Assembly (NCBI GenBank): GCA_015055665.1
Contig: SVHX01000002.1
Location: forward strand, 14,326 to 78,325
Length of the DNA: 64,000 bases
Origin: Clostridiales bacterium
Lineage (GTDB): Bacteria; Bacillota; Clostridia; Christensenellales; UBA1242
Direction of reading: 5' to 3'
The notes under the pieces are model-generated. The model did not search any database. It was not told the DNA's origin and saw only the letters and a program-made list of their open reading frames with translations. Both the position numbers and the translations under genes were made by a program. This document shows, piece by piece, positions 10,179-21,229 of the stretch (position 1 is the stretch's first letter; the number at the start of each line of letters is the position of its first letter).

Positions 10179-11583
10179 TTACTCTATTACAGTTGGACTT
10201 GAAGTACATGCAGAGATTAATACTCGTACCAAAGCGTTCTGCTCTTGTGCGTGTACTAGTGGAGCAATTCCTAATACACATGTATGTCCTATGTGTCTAG
10301 GGTTGCCGGGAGCTATTCCGAGTGTTAATCGATTGGCTATAGAGAAGTTGATTACAACGGCTATTGCATTTGGTGCAGATGTCGCTCATGAAATTGTATT
10401 CGAACGCAAGAATTACTTCTATCCCGATCTGCCTAAAGGATATCAGCTGGTTCAATATAATCATCCAATTGGTGTTGGTGGTAAGGTTGTATTATTATCT
10501 GGCAAGGAAGTTGAGATAGATAGAATTCATCTCGAAGAAGATACAGGCAAGTCTGTACATAACGAAGAACTAGGTAAGACTTATGTGGATTTTAACCGTA
10601 GCGGAATACCTATTGCTGAGATTGTGTGCAAGCCAACTATTCTATATGCAGATGAAATTGTCGAACTTGTTAGTATTATTAAAGATGTTCTTATGTTCTC
10701 GGATGTGTCCGACTGCAGACAGGAACTAGGTAGACTTAGGTTTGATGTTAATATATCTCTTAGCAATACAGATAATCTTGGTACAAGAGTTGAACTTATT
10801 AATCTAACATCTTCGGATGACGTACGTAGAGCTATTGCGTATGAAGTAGATAGACAGTCTGCATTGTTGGATATGGGAGAGAAGGTCGTTCAGGAAACGC
10901 GTATGTGGTCAAGCGAGATGGATAAAACTTATACGGTTCGCTCCAAGGAAAATGTCAAAGATTATAGACATGTTGCCGATCCGGATCTACCAATTATTAA
11001 GATAACCGAAAGAGATATTAAGAAGCTTAGGAAGTCTTTGCCCGAGAGCAAGGCAAGCAGGGTTACTAGATACAAAGGTTTTGGATTGGAAGAAAGTGCA
11101 ATTGATTTGTTGGTTTCTTCCAAGGAAATCTCCAATTATTATGATAACATGCTAGCGATACTATTTGAGCCTGTTGAAGTATATAATTGGATTGCTACCG
11201 AACTATTAAGACATAGTAGAGAGCAGGGATGTTCGAAGTTAGATCAATTAATTAAACCATTAGAACTTGCCAACATTATCTCCATGTGTATGTCGAATAA
11301 AATTTCGAGGTATAATGCAAAAATTATATTAGACGAAGTTGTGTTGACAGGTAAGACTGTAGCAATGCTTGTAAGAGAGCATAATATGTTGGGTGGAATT
11401 TCGGAACACGATCATCATGTTATAATGGATGAAATTGTCGAAACCAATCCTACTCTTGCTGAAGACTACAAGATATCTCCAGATAGAGTGATTAACTATA
11501 TTGTTGGAGAAGCTCTTGAAATGTCGCAAGGCAGAGCAGATATAGATACTATCAAAAGAATAACTGAAGAAAGACTAAAGTAA
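10171..11583 (+). CDS. gatB: Asp/Glu-tRNA amidotransferase subunit B
   Basis: GLEVH, CLGLPGAIP, RKNYFYPDLPKGYQ, IHLEED; RBS aggagg. Confidence 0.93.
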   Translation: MSNYSITVGLEVHAEINTRTKAFCSCACTSGAIPNTHVCPMCLGLPGAIPSVNRLAIEKLITTAIAFGADVAHEIVFERKNYFYPDLPKGYQLVQYNHPIGVGGKVVLLSGKEVEIDRIHLEEDTGKSVHNEELGKTYVDFNRSGIPIAEIVCKPTILYADEIVELVSIIKDVLMFSDVSDCRQELGRLRFDVNISLSNTDNLGTRVELINLTSSDDVRRAIAYEVDRQSALLDMGEKVVQETRMWSSEMDKTYTVRSKENVKDYRHVADPDLPIIKITERDIKKLRKSLPESKASRVTRYKGFGLEESAIDLLVSSKEISNYYDNMLAILFEPVEVYNWIATELLRHSREQGCSKLDQLIKPLELANIISMCMSNKISRYNAKIILDEVVLTGKTVAMLVREHNMLGGISEHDHHVIMDEIVETNPTLAEDYKISPDRVINYIVGEALEMSQGRADIDTIKRITEERLK

Positions 11584-11881
11584 AAATAAATACCATAACA
11601 CAAAACCAACAATTATTAAATACTGCTTTTAAAAGAAAGTAGTCGATTATTGCTAGTTGGGAGGATTGGTTGTGGTATTTTTTATGTCCAAAAATATATG
11701 TGCGTTTTAATTATATTAGATAAGTGTGATTTGACTAATAATTACTACGCAGAACGGTGAAAATAATGTAAGTGTAACATAAAGAGGTTTTAAATACATA
11801 TTAGTTTTCTTTTTTCGACAAAATTGCTTGATATTTTAAATGCTTTTTGGTACACTAAAGGTGTTAAGGAGTCGGATAATC

Positions 11882-12292
11882 GTGTTTTTTCGTAATATCA
11901 AACACAATTTAAAAGCAAGAAAGATGTCAATCTTCAAGATTGCCATTACTTGTTTGTTGTTCCTTGCCATTAGTGACAAGGGCTTGCTCCAGAACACTTT
12001 TAATAATTTGCATAATTTATTCAGTTCAAGTTCTTTTTCGATAGAGTCTGCAATAACCAGTATGGTTAATCTTAGTCGAATCGCAATGCTAGATTATACT
12101 CTAACTATGGGCATTGGGTATGTATTTATAGAATTGGCAATATTTGCCGCTGCGACGCTAGCAATTCTTGCTGTAATAATATTCTTCGTTGACAATGTTA
12201 ATGTTCAAGAAGTACGTTTTGATCAACAAGTAGAGCAAAAAGTGTTATCTACTAACGATATATATTTACAAACTAGTAAATTCATTTGTTAA
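11882..12292 (+). CDS. Small membrane protein, possible regulatory leader of the downstream ABC operon
   Basis: Two hydrophobic segments; aaggag upstream of GTG 11882 (start uncertain); ends IYLQTSKFIC. Confidence 0.55.
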   Translation: MFFRNIKHNLKARKMSIFKIAITCLLFLAISDKGLLQNTFNNLHNLFSSSSFSIESAITSMVNLSRIAMLDYTLTMGIGYVFIELAIFAAATLAILAVIIFFVDNVNVQEVRFDQQVEQKVLSTNDIYLQTSKFIC

Positions 12293-12536
12293 ATCTAACT
12301 AAGTTAGATGTTTTTTGCGGGTAAACGATCAAATGGCATTGTAGGGTTTTGTGATTAGATTTGTATACTATTTATATATATAACTAACGAAGGGAGTTTT
12401 ACCCGTATTGCATTTAACTATTAAAAACACTAAATAAAGCAATCAGAAAATGGGAAATTAAATTAAAGATTACTGTTTTTTTGATTGTGGCTTAGTGTTT
12501 TTTTGTTTCGAATAATTTAAAAAGGAAAATTGTATT

Positions 12537-14912
12537 ATGTTAGCCTCTCAGGTTCTGTTAACTATTGCATTAATTGCAGGTGTGTTAATAGGGTATTTCG
12601 TTTTGAAGTTCAAGAAAAAATCGTTGTCCAAGTATGTATATATTGTGCTTGCTAGTGTGCTTGCAGTGTCTTTCTTCTTTCGATTTATGTTGGGAGATGA
12701 GGCAATTAGAGATGTTTTTCGACTAACGGGTTCTCCGCTTGACACAAAGTTTGAAACGGTTGTCTCTTTACTGGGCTACTGGTTGATGTTAGCTTCAATG
12801 CTATTAATTGTTTTGTATCCATTATTTAAAAAAAGTGCACAGGTTGTACTTATTAAGTACTTTGCGTTGCCAGTATCAATTTTGTGTTTACTGGCTATCT
12901 ATCCAATTACCAAAGGTATCGTTGGTGTAACATGCTATACAGAATTCGATATAAGAATATTGCTTATCTCTATTGAATTATCAACAATGATTTCAATGTC
13001 TACAATAATTTTTGTCGAAAACGGATGTTTTAAGACTAATCGCAAGGATCTATTAGCATTATTGTTTATTCCTCTTTGTATCGCGGTTACAATCCCGATA
13101 TTTATGTTATCTGCTTTATTTGGTGAGAAATTTGTTGCCCGTGAAATATTAGACCTGTCCGTTAATCATCGCAAAATATTATATTTGGCATTTATAATTC
13201 CGTTTGTTACTTACTTATTATTTCGCAAGAAAGATTATGAGACTAAGAGATTGGCTTTGCTATACTTTAGCTTGGCTACTTTAATAACATTCTGTATCAA
13301 CTTTAAATTTGCAGATCTTATGGATGTGACGGCTTGGCCAATTCACTTATGCCATACTGCTATGTTTATTATACCTCTATGCTTAATATTTAAATGGGAC
13401 AAAATATTCTATTTTACGTATTTTATTAATGTACTTGGAGCATTTCTTGCAATGGCAATGCCTAATTACACTTTTAGTAACGATTTGTTTAGAGAATCAC
13501 TTGTGAACTTTTATATTAATCACTTTATAGCATTCTTTATGCCGATATTAATTGTTATGTTGGGTGTTTATCAGCGACCAAGGTTTAAGCAGTTTAAATA
13601 TTCCATGATTGGATTTGGGATCTACTTTGTATTTGTATTAATAATGAATGCTTGGTTTAGTAATTATGGAGAGGTGGACTATTTTTATCTCAACACAGAT
13701 TTTATTGCGGACAAGCTTGGTGTGTGGGCAGAGAATACAAGAAATATTACCTGGAGCTTTAATATAGGAGAATTAAATTTTCTATTTTATCCGCTTTATC
13801 AGTTCTTGTACTTTATTATTTATGTTGCGATGGGAGCTGGTGTTTGGTTCTTATATGAGGCCATGTATATTTTTGAAGATACGGTATTGGACATATTAGA
13901 AAGAAAGAAAAAAATAAAAGCAGACGCTCTGGCATTGTCGGTGGCCTTAGCCGGTAGGAGCAAAGGAGACCCTATGAATAAAAAAGGTGTTAACAAGTTA
14001 ATAATTAATAACTTCTCTAAGCGTTATGGAGCAAGCGGAGTTTATGCTGTAAAAGATGCAAGTCTTGAAATTAATGGTGGAGAGATATTTGGATTCCTCG
14101 GACACAATGGTGCAGGCAAGAGTACAATTATCAAATCTATTGTTGGCATACAGCCAATAACTAGTGGAAGTATTGAGGTGTGTGGTTATGATGTCGACAA
14201 ACAATCGGTTGAGGCGAAAACTCATATTGGATTCGTCCCAGACCATTATGCGTTATATGAGAAATTAACGGGTAGAGAATATATCAATTATATTGCGGAT
14301 TTGTATAGTGTATCCAAGGAAGATAGGGATGCCAGAATAGACAAATATGTTAAGCTGTTTGAATTGGGAGATGCTTTCGATAATCAAATAAAAACATATA
14401 GTCATGGTATGAAGCAAAAGGTGACAATTATTTCGGCGCTCGTGCACAATCCAAAAGTATGGATACTTGATGAACCTCTAACTGGTTTAGACCCTACAAG
14501 CATTTATCAAGTGAAAGAATGTATGAGAGAGCATGCTAGACAAGGTAACATAGTATTCTTTAGTAGTCACTTGATTGATATTGTTGAGAGTTTGTGTGAT
14601 AGAATTGCTATTATCAAGAAGGGGCATATACTTACATGCAAAACCCTTAAAGAAATAGAGGCGGAAACCACTCTTGAACAATTCTATCTCGATATAACCA
14701 GCACACGAGTTCAAGCATCTAGCGTCAAAGCACAAGATATCGAGAAAGAAAAAGAATCAATCAAAGCAATTCGTGCACAGGAAAAGATAGAAAGAGAAGA
14801 AAAGAAAAAGGCTAAAAAAGAATTAAAGGCAAAATTAAAAGCGGAAAGAGTTGCTGCTAACCAAATTGTTAAAAATAAGAAAATAAATAAAGAAGATAAG
14901 GACGCAAAGTAA
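12537..14912 (+). CDS. YwaF-like integral membrane protein fused to an ABC ATPase
   Basis: Many TM helices with WPIHLCH and FYINHF motifs; then Walker A GHNGAGKST, YSHGMKQK, ILDEP, SSH. Confidence 0.85.
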   Translation: MLASQVLLTIALIAGVLIGYFVLKFKKKSLSKYVYIVLASVLAVSFFFRFMLGDEAIRDVFRLTGSPLDTKFETVVSLLGYWLMLASMLLIVLYPLFKKSAQVVLIKYFALPVSILCLLAIYPITKGIVGVTCYTEFDIRILLISIELSTMISMSTIIFVENGCFKTNRKDLLALLFIPLCIAVTIPIFMLSALFGEKFVAREILDLSVNHRKILYLAFIIPFVTYLLFRKKDYETKRLALLYFSLATLITFCINFKFADLMDVTAWPIHLCHTAMFIIPLCLIFKWDKIFYFTYFINVLGAFLAMAMPNYTFSNDLFRESLVNFYINHFIAFFMPILIVMLGVYQRPRFKQFKYSMIGFGIYFVFVLIMNAWFSNYGEVDYFYLNTDFIADKLGVWAENTRNITWSFNIGELNFLFYPLYQFLYFIIYVAMGAGVWFLYEAMYIFEDTVLDILERKKKIKADALALSVALAGRSKGDPMNKKGVNKLIINNFSKRYGASGVYAVKDASLEINGGEIFGFLGHNGAGKSTIIKSIVGIQPITSGSIEVCGYDVDKQSVEAKTHIGFVPDHYALYEKLTGREYINYIADLYSVSKEDRDARIDKYVKLFELGDAFDNQIKTYSHGMKQKVTIISALVHNPKVWILDEPLTGLDPTSIYQVKECMREHARQGNIVFFSSHLIDIVESLCDRIAIIKKGHILTCKTLKEIEAETTLEQFYLDITSTRVQASSVKAQDIEKEKESIKAIRAQEKIEREEKKKAKKELKAKLKAERVAANQIVKNKKINKEDKDAK

Positions 14913-16564
14913 TGAATAATCTAAAAACCCTAGTCCTTATGCAGTTAAAGGATAAGGTAGACTTTTCGTATCTACACAGTGTTAAGAAAACAATATTTAA
15001 AGTAGTTACAAGTATAATTAAGTTTGCTGTAATTACTGCAGTGATTTGGTTGGGATTTTTCCTAATTACTCATCTAAGACTTGTGTCTGCTTATTCAGGA
15101 ATCCCTCAAGACTTCTTGACTGTTATATTTACAATTGTTTACTCATTGTCTATTATTACGTGCTCGTTTGGACTAATGAAAACTTTATACGAAGGCAAGG
15201 ACAATCAACTGCTTCTAACTTTTCCGGCTAGTAGAACTATTGTATTTGCCAGCAAATTAATTGTATACTATATATATGAATTAATTAGAAATATTACATA
15301 TTTACTTCCGATATTTGTAGCTTATGGAATTATCAATAATCTTCCATTGTACTTTTACTTGTGGTTGATTGTTATATACTTTGTAGTAGTTGCTGTTCCT
15401 GTAGCACTAGGAGCTTTGTTGTCAATACCTACAATGTATGTGGTTAATTTTATAAGACAACACAAATGGCTTGAGTATATCATCCTTGTAAGTAGTGTGG
15501 TGTTTATTATTTGGGGACTACTCAAGATTATTGATGCGATACCAGAAAATATAGACATTATTGGTACTTGGGGGACAACTTTCTGGGAGATTAGAGCATT
15601 CCTTGGTAAATTTATTGAAAACTTTGCCGTGTTCTACCTGGTTATTCAATCTATTACAGGGTTACGAAATGGTATTACCACAGTTCTATTTACATCAACA
15701 TCAATGATGACTTCCTTTGTTATGTTGTTGGTCGTTGCTGGTGTGGTTGCCATAACATTTGTAATTGTTAGACCTTTGTATTTCCATATGGCAAGTTCTC
15801 CATTTGAGTATAAGAAAGTTAAGGTTAATCATGAGATAAAGAATAAATTTCATAACCCAGTATTTTCGTCAATCAAGAAAGATATGATATTAAGTTATCG
15901 AACTCAGTCTAAGTTTTATAGCTTGTTAGGGATAGTTGTAGGTTTGCCTATTGCAATATTGTTACTTAATAAACTATATGCTGCGATGGATACAAGGCTA
16001 TCTGGAACAAATATGACAATAGCGTTTAATATGTTAATGATATTGCTGATTGTTTTATCTTCAAATATTAATCTTGCTCATATTTATAGCGAAGAAGGAG
16101 CGTCTACATATCTACTTAAGGTTAACCCAAAACCATATATTCAGACATTATTTGTTAAACTCATGCCTAATCTAATTGGTATTACCGTTTCTATAATAGG
16201 TGCAGTGAGTGTGATGTGTACATATCTTGGATACGGATTTGGTAAGTCATTGCTTATATTTGGTATTATTGAGAGTTTTTATGTTGCACACTTGCTCATG
16301 AGTGCGGAGATGGATATAATGAATCCTCAGTCTAATCAATATCAAACTGCTGGGACTCATCCTAATAACCCAAATGATATTAAGTCTACAATTTATGCAT
16401 TTGGATTAAGTGCGGGCATTGGATTATTAACTTATTTCTTAATATCCGAGAGTCGTATAACTATTTGGTGGAAACTTCTTGGATTGGGACTTGCGTTCCT
16501 AGCTCTCAGAATTTGGTTGTATATTAACAAAATAAAAGTATATTTCAAGGAGAAACAAGGATGA
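14912..16564 (+). CDS. ABC exporter permease (ABC-2-like, duplicated halves)
   Basis: Numerous TM segments; DNQLLLTFPAS..IVFASKL and LLKVNP...KL motifs; translationally coupled to the ATPase gene. Confidence 0.8.
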   Translation: MNNLKTLVLMQLKDKVDFSYLHSVKKTIFKVVTSIIKFAVITAVIWLGFFLITHLRLVSAYSGIPQDFLTVIFTIVYSLSIITCSFGLMKTLYEGKDNQLLLTFPASRTIVFASKLIVYYIYELIRNITYLLPIFVAYGIINNLPLYFYLWLIVIYFVVVAVPVALGALLSIPTMYVVNFIRQHKWLEYIILVSSVVFIIWGLLKIIDAIPENIDIIGTWGTTFWEIRAFLGKFIENFAVFYLVIQSITGLRNGITTVLFTSTSMMTSFVMLLVVAGVVAITFVIVRPLYFHMASSPFEYKKVKVNHEIKNKFHNPVFSSIKKDMILSYRTQSKFYSLLGIVVGLPIAILLLNKLYAAMDTRLSGTNMTIAFNMLMILLIVLSSNINLAHIYSEEGASTYLLKVNPKPYIQTLFVKLMPNLIGITVSIIGAVSVMCTYLGYGFGKSLLIFGIIESFYVAHLLMSAEMDIMNPQSNQYQTAGTHPNNPNDIKSTIYAFGLSAGIGLLTYFLISESRITIWWKLLGLGLAFLALRIWLYINKIKVYFKEKQG

Positions 16565-17007
16565 GAAAGTCAATACTTATTGCTATTGCAATCGTTTATG
16601 TAGCGTCCATCGTTGTGGTCTCAGTATTTGGCCTTAAGGCAACTATGTATCAAAGTAATATCCAGGTAACAGGAATTGAATGTGTTAATCAAGACAAGGG
16701 TGAAATTTTTATCGGAGAGACTAATGGGATTAAGACTATTACTATGAACTTTACTGAACCAGGCGATCTAGAGTCTCTTACTGGTACAATTTTACAATTG
16801 GAAATTAGAGTGTTGCCTGATGATGCAACTAATAAAGAGATTGGGTTTAGGTATGCTAGGGAAAATTATCCACAAGTCCACTTTCATCAGATTGAAGGTA
16901 GAGAGACTGGCGCCATTGCGTTTACGGGTATAGCAACCTTTACTTTGACCATATATTCACTAGATGTGCCAAGTATATATACTCAAGTTCTTATAGATGT
17001 TGTATAA
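16561..17007 (+). CDS. Membrane-anchored Ig-like (Big_2-like) protein
   Basis: N-terminal anchor; LQLEIRVLPDDATNKEI motif. Confidence 0.6.
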   Translation: MRKSILIAIAIVYVASIVVVSVFGLKATMYQSNIQVTGIECVNQDKGEIFIGETNGIKTITMNFTEPGDLESLTGTILQLEIRVLPDDATNKEIGFRYARENYPQVHFHQIEGRETGAIAFTGIATFTLTIYSLDVPSIYTQVLIDVV

Positions 17008-17132
17008 TATTCCTATTAGGTAGATTGGCTCTGCCTATGTAACTCGTAGTAAGGCATATGTCTTACATAATTAATATGGTATTACAGCGAATTCTTTCGC
17101 TTGGAATACAAAAATAAACAAAGGAGACGGAA

Positions 17133-19582
17133 ATGAAAAAGATTTCTAGATTGATGGCTGTGTTGGTTATTTGTCTAAGCTCACTCCTATTCTCAACCGC
17201 TTGCGGAGTGGAGATTGTAAGTGGCACAGTTGTACCGGGTACACTAGAAGTTAGGGTAGTTAAGGGTGATACCATAGATACTTCTAATGTGATTGCAAGA
17301 ATTACATACTCGGATGATGAAGTTGTTACTGTTACTGCAGATGAACTCGAATTTAGCGAAGTTGACACATCTGAAGCCGGTATTCAAGTTCTCGAAATTA
17401 CTTATGAAGGATTTACCTTCAAAGTTAATATCACTGTATTTAATACAGAGAGCGATATGCTTAAAATAACCGAATTTAATAGTTCGGACGTTAACATTTT
17501 TAATGAAAACGTAAATAGCAATCCTCAACAGTTCTATAATGTTAAGAGTGGAGATGGTCTAGAAGTTAAAACTAGATACGTCGGCACAGATAATCCTTGG
17601 GTTGTAGATCTGGTAGTTAGTGGTAAAGATGCGTCTAATAAGACTATCACTGCAGTCAAGAATGTTACAACAGATATTACAGTTGAACTTAAGACAGGTA
17701 ATGATTATGTAGTACTAGATGAAACTACTACACCTAAACTATCAGACGTGGTTGAGAGTATTAGCGAGGTTGATGCTAAGATCAAGTTTAAGGCCCATCA
17801 AGATGTATGGGGTAAGGACTTCCGTGTAACTATTGAACCAGAGATGAAAAATAATGAATCTCAAACAATTCTAAAGGTTGTAGAAGAGATAAGAGTAATT
17901 GAAGGTTATAATGTACACAATGCCAAGGAGATGGCAATATATGATAATAGCGGTAATGATTACGATAAGGACGGTGCAGCTGACTGGTTCGAAATCAAGA
18001 AAGAAGTAGGTCAAGTAATATCTGCAGACCAAGATGGTAAAAATGCTGTATATAAGACTGCTTCAACAATCATCCTTCAGAATAACATTAATATTACAGC
18101 AAAAGATGTTCCTAGTACAAATTTCTGGACAGATAACAAGAGTACTGTTGAATTCCATAGAAATTGGGATGAGGGGCAATTAGGAACATTGTTTGATTAT
18201 GCTCAATCTATTACAGATCAACCTTTAAAGGGGTCTTTCGTAGATAGAGATAATACTGGTGTGTATACCATCACAATTTCACTGCTGGTGAGACACTTAA
18301 TTTAATTGGTAACTATTATACTATCAGCGCAAACGCACTCCCAAGATGTGTAGTTGAGTTTAGAGGTCAAACAAAAGATTATCTAGACCTACCATGTGCA
18401 GTTGATGTGGAAGCAGGGCAATATATGACTAGTCACTCTGCTCTGTTCTGCAATTACTATGAGACAGGTCTTGATGTTGCTATGAATGCTGCTTGTGAAG
18501 TAAATTGGAGCAATGTTAATGCTGTAGGTAATGGTGAAGCAAGTCAGGAGAATATTTATTCTGGTGCAATAATATTGGTAAAATCATATAGAGTTAATTC
18601 TAACTTCGTAAACAATGTAACCAATAAGTTCTATATTAATTACCTAGTTCATACAGGTGAAGAGAATTGTGCTAACGATGGTCAATTTAAGATTGATTAT
18701 TGTAAGGGATATGATGCTTATCAGTGCTTATTATTCTTCAATGGAGCTGAGAAAGCAATTGTAAGTAATAGTGAATTTAAGCGTGCTGCTGGTCCTGCAA
18801 TCATCACTACAATGATTGGATATGAGGACTATGTTAAAAAAGATGCAACCGATTATAATATTACCCGCTTGGATATAGTTAATTCAACCATAGAATCATT
18901 GGTTTCTGGAAATGAGCCATGGTTCAAAATATATGGTGCAGCTCCTCAGTTTGCATCAGTAACCGCATTAGAAGCAATGTTGAATGGCACATATGACCTT
19001 TCTCCAATGGCATCTGCCATGGCCGGTCAGCAGTTGCCTGCTGGTACAATCAAAACTCCAGGAACAGACAAATCAATATTCGCAACAACAACAGATTCTG
19101 CTAGCTATATGAATATGATCGTAATAAGCATGCCGGATTCTATAAGCTTTGATCAGGCGTCAAAGCCAATGTTGGGTTATGTTAGAAAGTTTGAATCACA
19201 AACTGACTATGAAAACTTCTATGCTGATTCTGAAAATACTGTAGATGACGAGTTTGGTCTATACATGGGTGAGACTGGTAATCTTGGTCAGTATTCTAGT
19301 CAAGCAATTACTGGCGAATCTACAATTTTTGTAGAAGATGATGTGAATTATTTTAGTACAACTGGAGTGTTGTCAGGAACTAGCTTCCAGGCAGGTGATC
19401 CAGAAGGTTTGTTGGGTGGTGTAAGTCTTTGGATTGCTGGATGTCTTCAAAGTAATGAAGAAATGAAAGCCCAGGGTGCAGCACTTTACAAACAAGCATT
19501 TAATGCTGGTGGTAGTACATTCAACCTATATCTATTTAATGCAATGGGTACAATGATTGAAAGTCAGCCAAGAAATAAGTAA
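17133..19582 (+). pseudogene. Large lipoprotein (Ig-like domain plus beta-helix region) split by a single frameshift near 18267; true pseudogene or sequencing error
   Basis: Lipobox FSTAC; ORF 17133-18305 and ORF 18407-19582 overlap in shifted frames, and the second frame is open from 18254 (HHNFTAGETLNLIGNYY...). Confidence 0.7.
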
Positions 19583-19869
19583 TATACTTTAAACATTAAT
19601 TATCCACTACTAATTAGTTGTTAAAGTTAAAAAGAGAGAAAGTATAGTATTTTCTCTCTTTTTTGTAACAAAAAAATGATTTTAGGATTAATATGAAGTG
19701 TACAGACTGATTGGGGAATATTGCTAAGGATGAGATATTAATATTATTGTAGGTCTGTACATTAATTCTTATCACCAGCATTGTATGAGAGATTATCTCT
19801 ATCAAAGCTGTTTTTATATAATAAAAGTCACCTAAGGAACATTTGTTGTCTTAGGTGACTTTTTGTTGT

Positions 19870-20469
19870 TTAACCATTGGTTGTGGGGAGGTCGAAGGCG
19901 GATTTCTGTTGCTGGATAGCTAGTGCGTATTCGCAACCGCAGTAGCCTTGGCGATATAGGCCGTATTTGGTACTATTACGTATCGAATTAAGGAAACCGT
20001 TATTCTTCTTAAAGTTGCTAGGGAGATAATTAACGGAGTATTTCTCCGATAGAATTTCTCCTATATTATTAATTGTCTTGTAATTCTTGTGAGGGGATAC
20101 GGACAGTGTTGATGCAAATGTATTGTAGCCATTGTCCTTTGCGTATTCGGCGGTAAACCCTAATCGCATAGCGATACAATAGTCGCATCTTTTGCCACCC
20201 TCTGGCTCGGTTTCTTGACCTCTTGCACCTATGATGAATTTGTCATGTTCGTAAGGGATGATTACAAGCTTGATGTCAGACTTAAATTCCTTATTGAATT
20301 TCTTGACATACAGTTCCATAGCCTTGGCTCTTCGGTTGAATTCTTCCTCGGTATTAATATTAGGGTTATAGAATAGTAGGGTAATATCCCAAGTATCAAT
20401 TAGTTGTGGGACAACACCGCTGGAACACGGAGCACAACACGCGTGGAGTAAGAGTTTAGTCTTGGGCAT
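19870..20469 (-). CDS. queH: Epoxyqueuosine reductase QueH
   Basis: LLLHACCAPCS, FYNPNI, EGGKRC..C, SPHK, LYRQ.YCGC. Confidence 0.92.
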   Translation of the reverse strand: MPKTKLLLHACCAPCSSGVVPQLIDTWDITLLFYNPNINTEEEFNRRAKAMELYVKKFNKEFKSDIKLVIIPYEHDKFIIGARGQETEPEGGKRCDYCIAMRLGFTAEYAKDNGYNTFASTLSVSPHKNYKTINNIGEILSEKYSVNYLPSNFKKNNGFLNSIRNSTKYGLYRQGYCGCEYALAIQQQKSAFDLPTTNG

Positions 20470-21067
20470 AAGGGGATGCCTCGCCAGACTCTCTAAGAGA
20501 TTTTAGGAAACAATTGTAGCATAGAGGCTTGTAGTAATCCTCTTTGCCAATGAGTATCTCCTCGCCGTTAACGGTAATCTTACCGTCTATAAATCTTGCA
20601 TTGACATTGGCTCTATTGCCACACTCGCAGATGAATTTGATCTCTTGCAATACGTCTGCAGTTTCGACAAGTCTTTTCGAGCCTTCGAACAATTCTGTCT
20701 TGAAATTGGTAAGTAGTCCGTAACAATTAACAGGGATATGTGCAGATACTTCCTTGAGCTGGTTGACTTGCTCGGTGGTTAAGAATTGAGATTCGTCAAC
20801 AATTACGACCGATCTATCTCGAAATTGTGTTAAGCCAAATATTAGCTTATAAAGATTCTCTTCCTTGTCAAAGACAACACATTTTGCCTCAAGGCCCACT
20901 CTGCTACGGCAGACAATATTGCCGTCCTTGTCTACATCTCTAGTGTCTAGTGATGGCTTAAGTAGTGTTACCTCAAATCCTTGTTGTTCGTAATTAAACC
21001 TGTACATTAGAGCTTGAGCTGTCTTGCTACTGCCCATAACACCATATTTGAAATATAATTTTGGCAT
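20456..21067 (-). CDS. tdk: Thymidine kinase
   Basis: LYFKYGVMGSSKT, VDESQFL, CYGL.TNF, C.CG and C..C zinc sites. Confidence 0.93.
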   Translation of the reverse strand: MPKLYFKYGVMGSSKTAQALMYRFNYEQQGFEVTLLKPSLDTRDVDKDGNIVCRSRVGLEAKCVVFDKEENLYKLIFGLTQFRDRSVVIVDESQFLTTEQVNQLKEVSAHIPVNCYGLLTNFKTELFEGSKRLVETADVLQEIKFICECGNRANVNARFIDGKITVNGEEILIGKEDYYKPLCYNCFLKSLRESGEASPYAQD

Positions 21068-21154
21068 ATGTACCCCCTTTTGTATTGCAAAATTACTTCA
21101 CTTCCATTTATTATTATAAATCTAATTGAAGTGCATGTCAAACGATTCAAGTAA

Positions 21155-21229
21155 TGTGAAAAAAGTCGCAAAACCGTCGCTCTCCATGTGGAAAAAACAT
21201 GGATAAATAGCGATTTATTATGTGGATAA
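21155..21229. promoter_or_regulatory. Cluster of DnaA boxes
   Basis: tgtggataa (perfect, 21221-21229), tgtggaaaa (21187-21195), catggataa (21198-21206), tgtgaaaaa (21155-21163), all in the same orientation. Confidence 0.55.

Noticed and set aside
10171-11583. GatB has substitutions in conserved motifs (RFDVNIS, ELINLTS, DYRHVADP) suggesting decay
   Set aside because: The ORF is full length with intact GLEVH, YFYPDLPKGYQ and HLEED motifs and an intact operon. Lineage divergence is enough to explain it.
17017-17110. Three small hairpins inside the ABC/lipoprotein operon
   Set aside because: No recognisable riboswitch core; consistent with ordinary mRNA processing or stabilising stems.
19614-19865. 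63-aa ORF and hairpins between the lipoprotein gene and queH
   Set aside because: Two clear terminators explain most of the structure. The ORF has no RBS, and the internal tgtacagac/gtctgtaca stem alone is too weak to call an sRNA.
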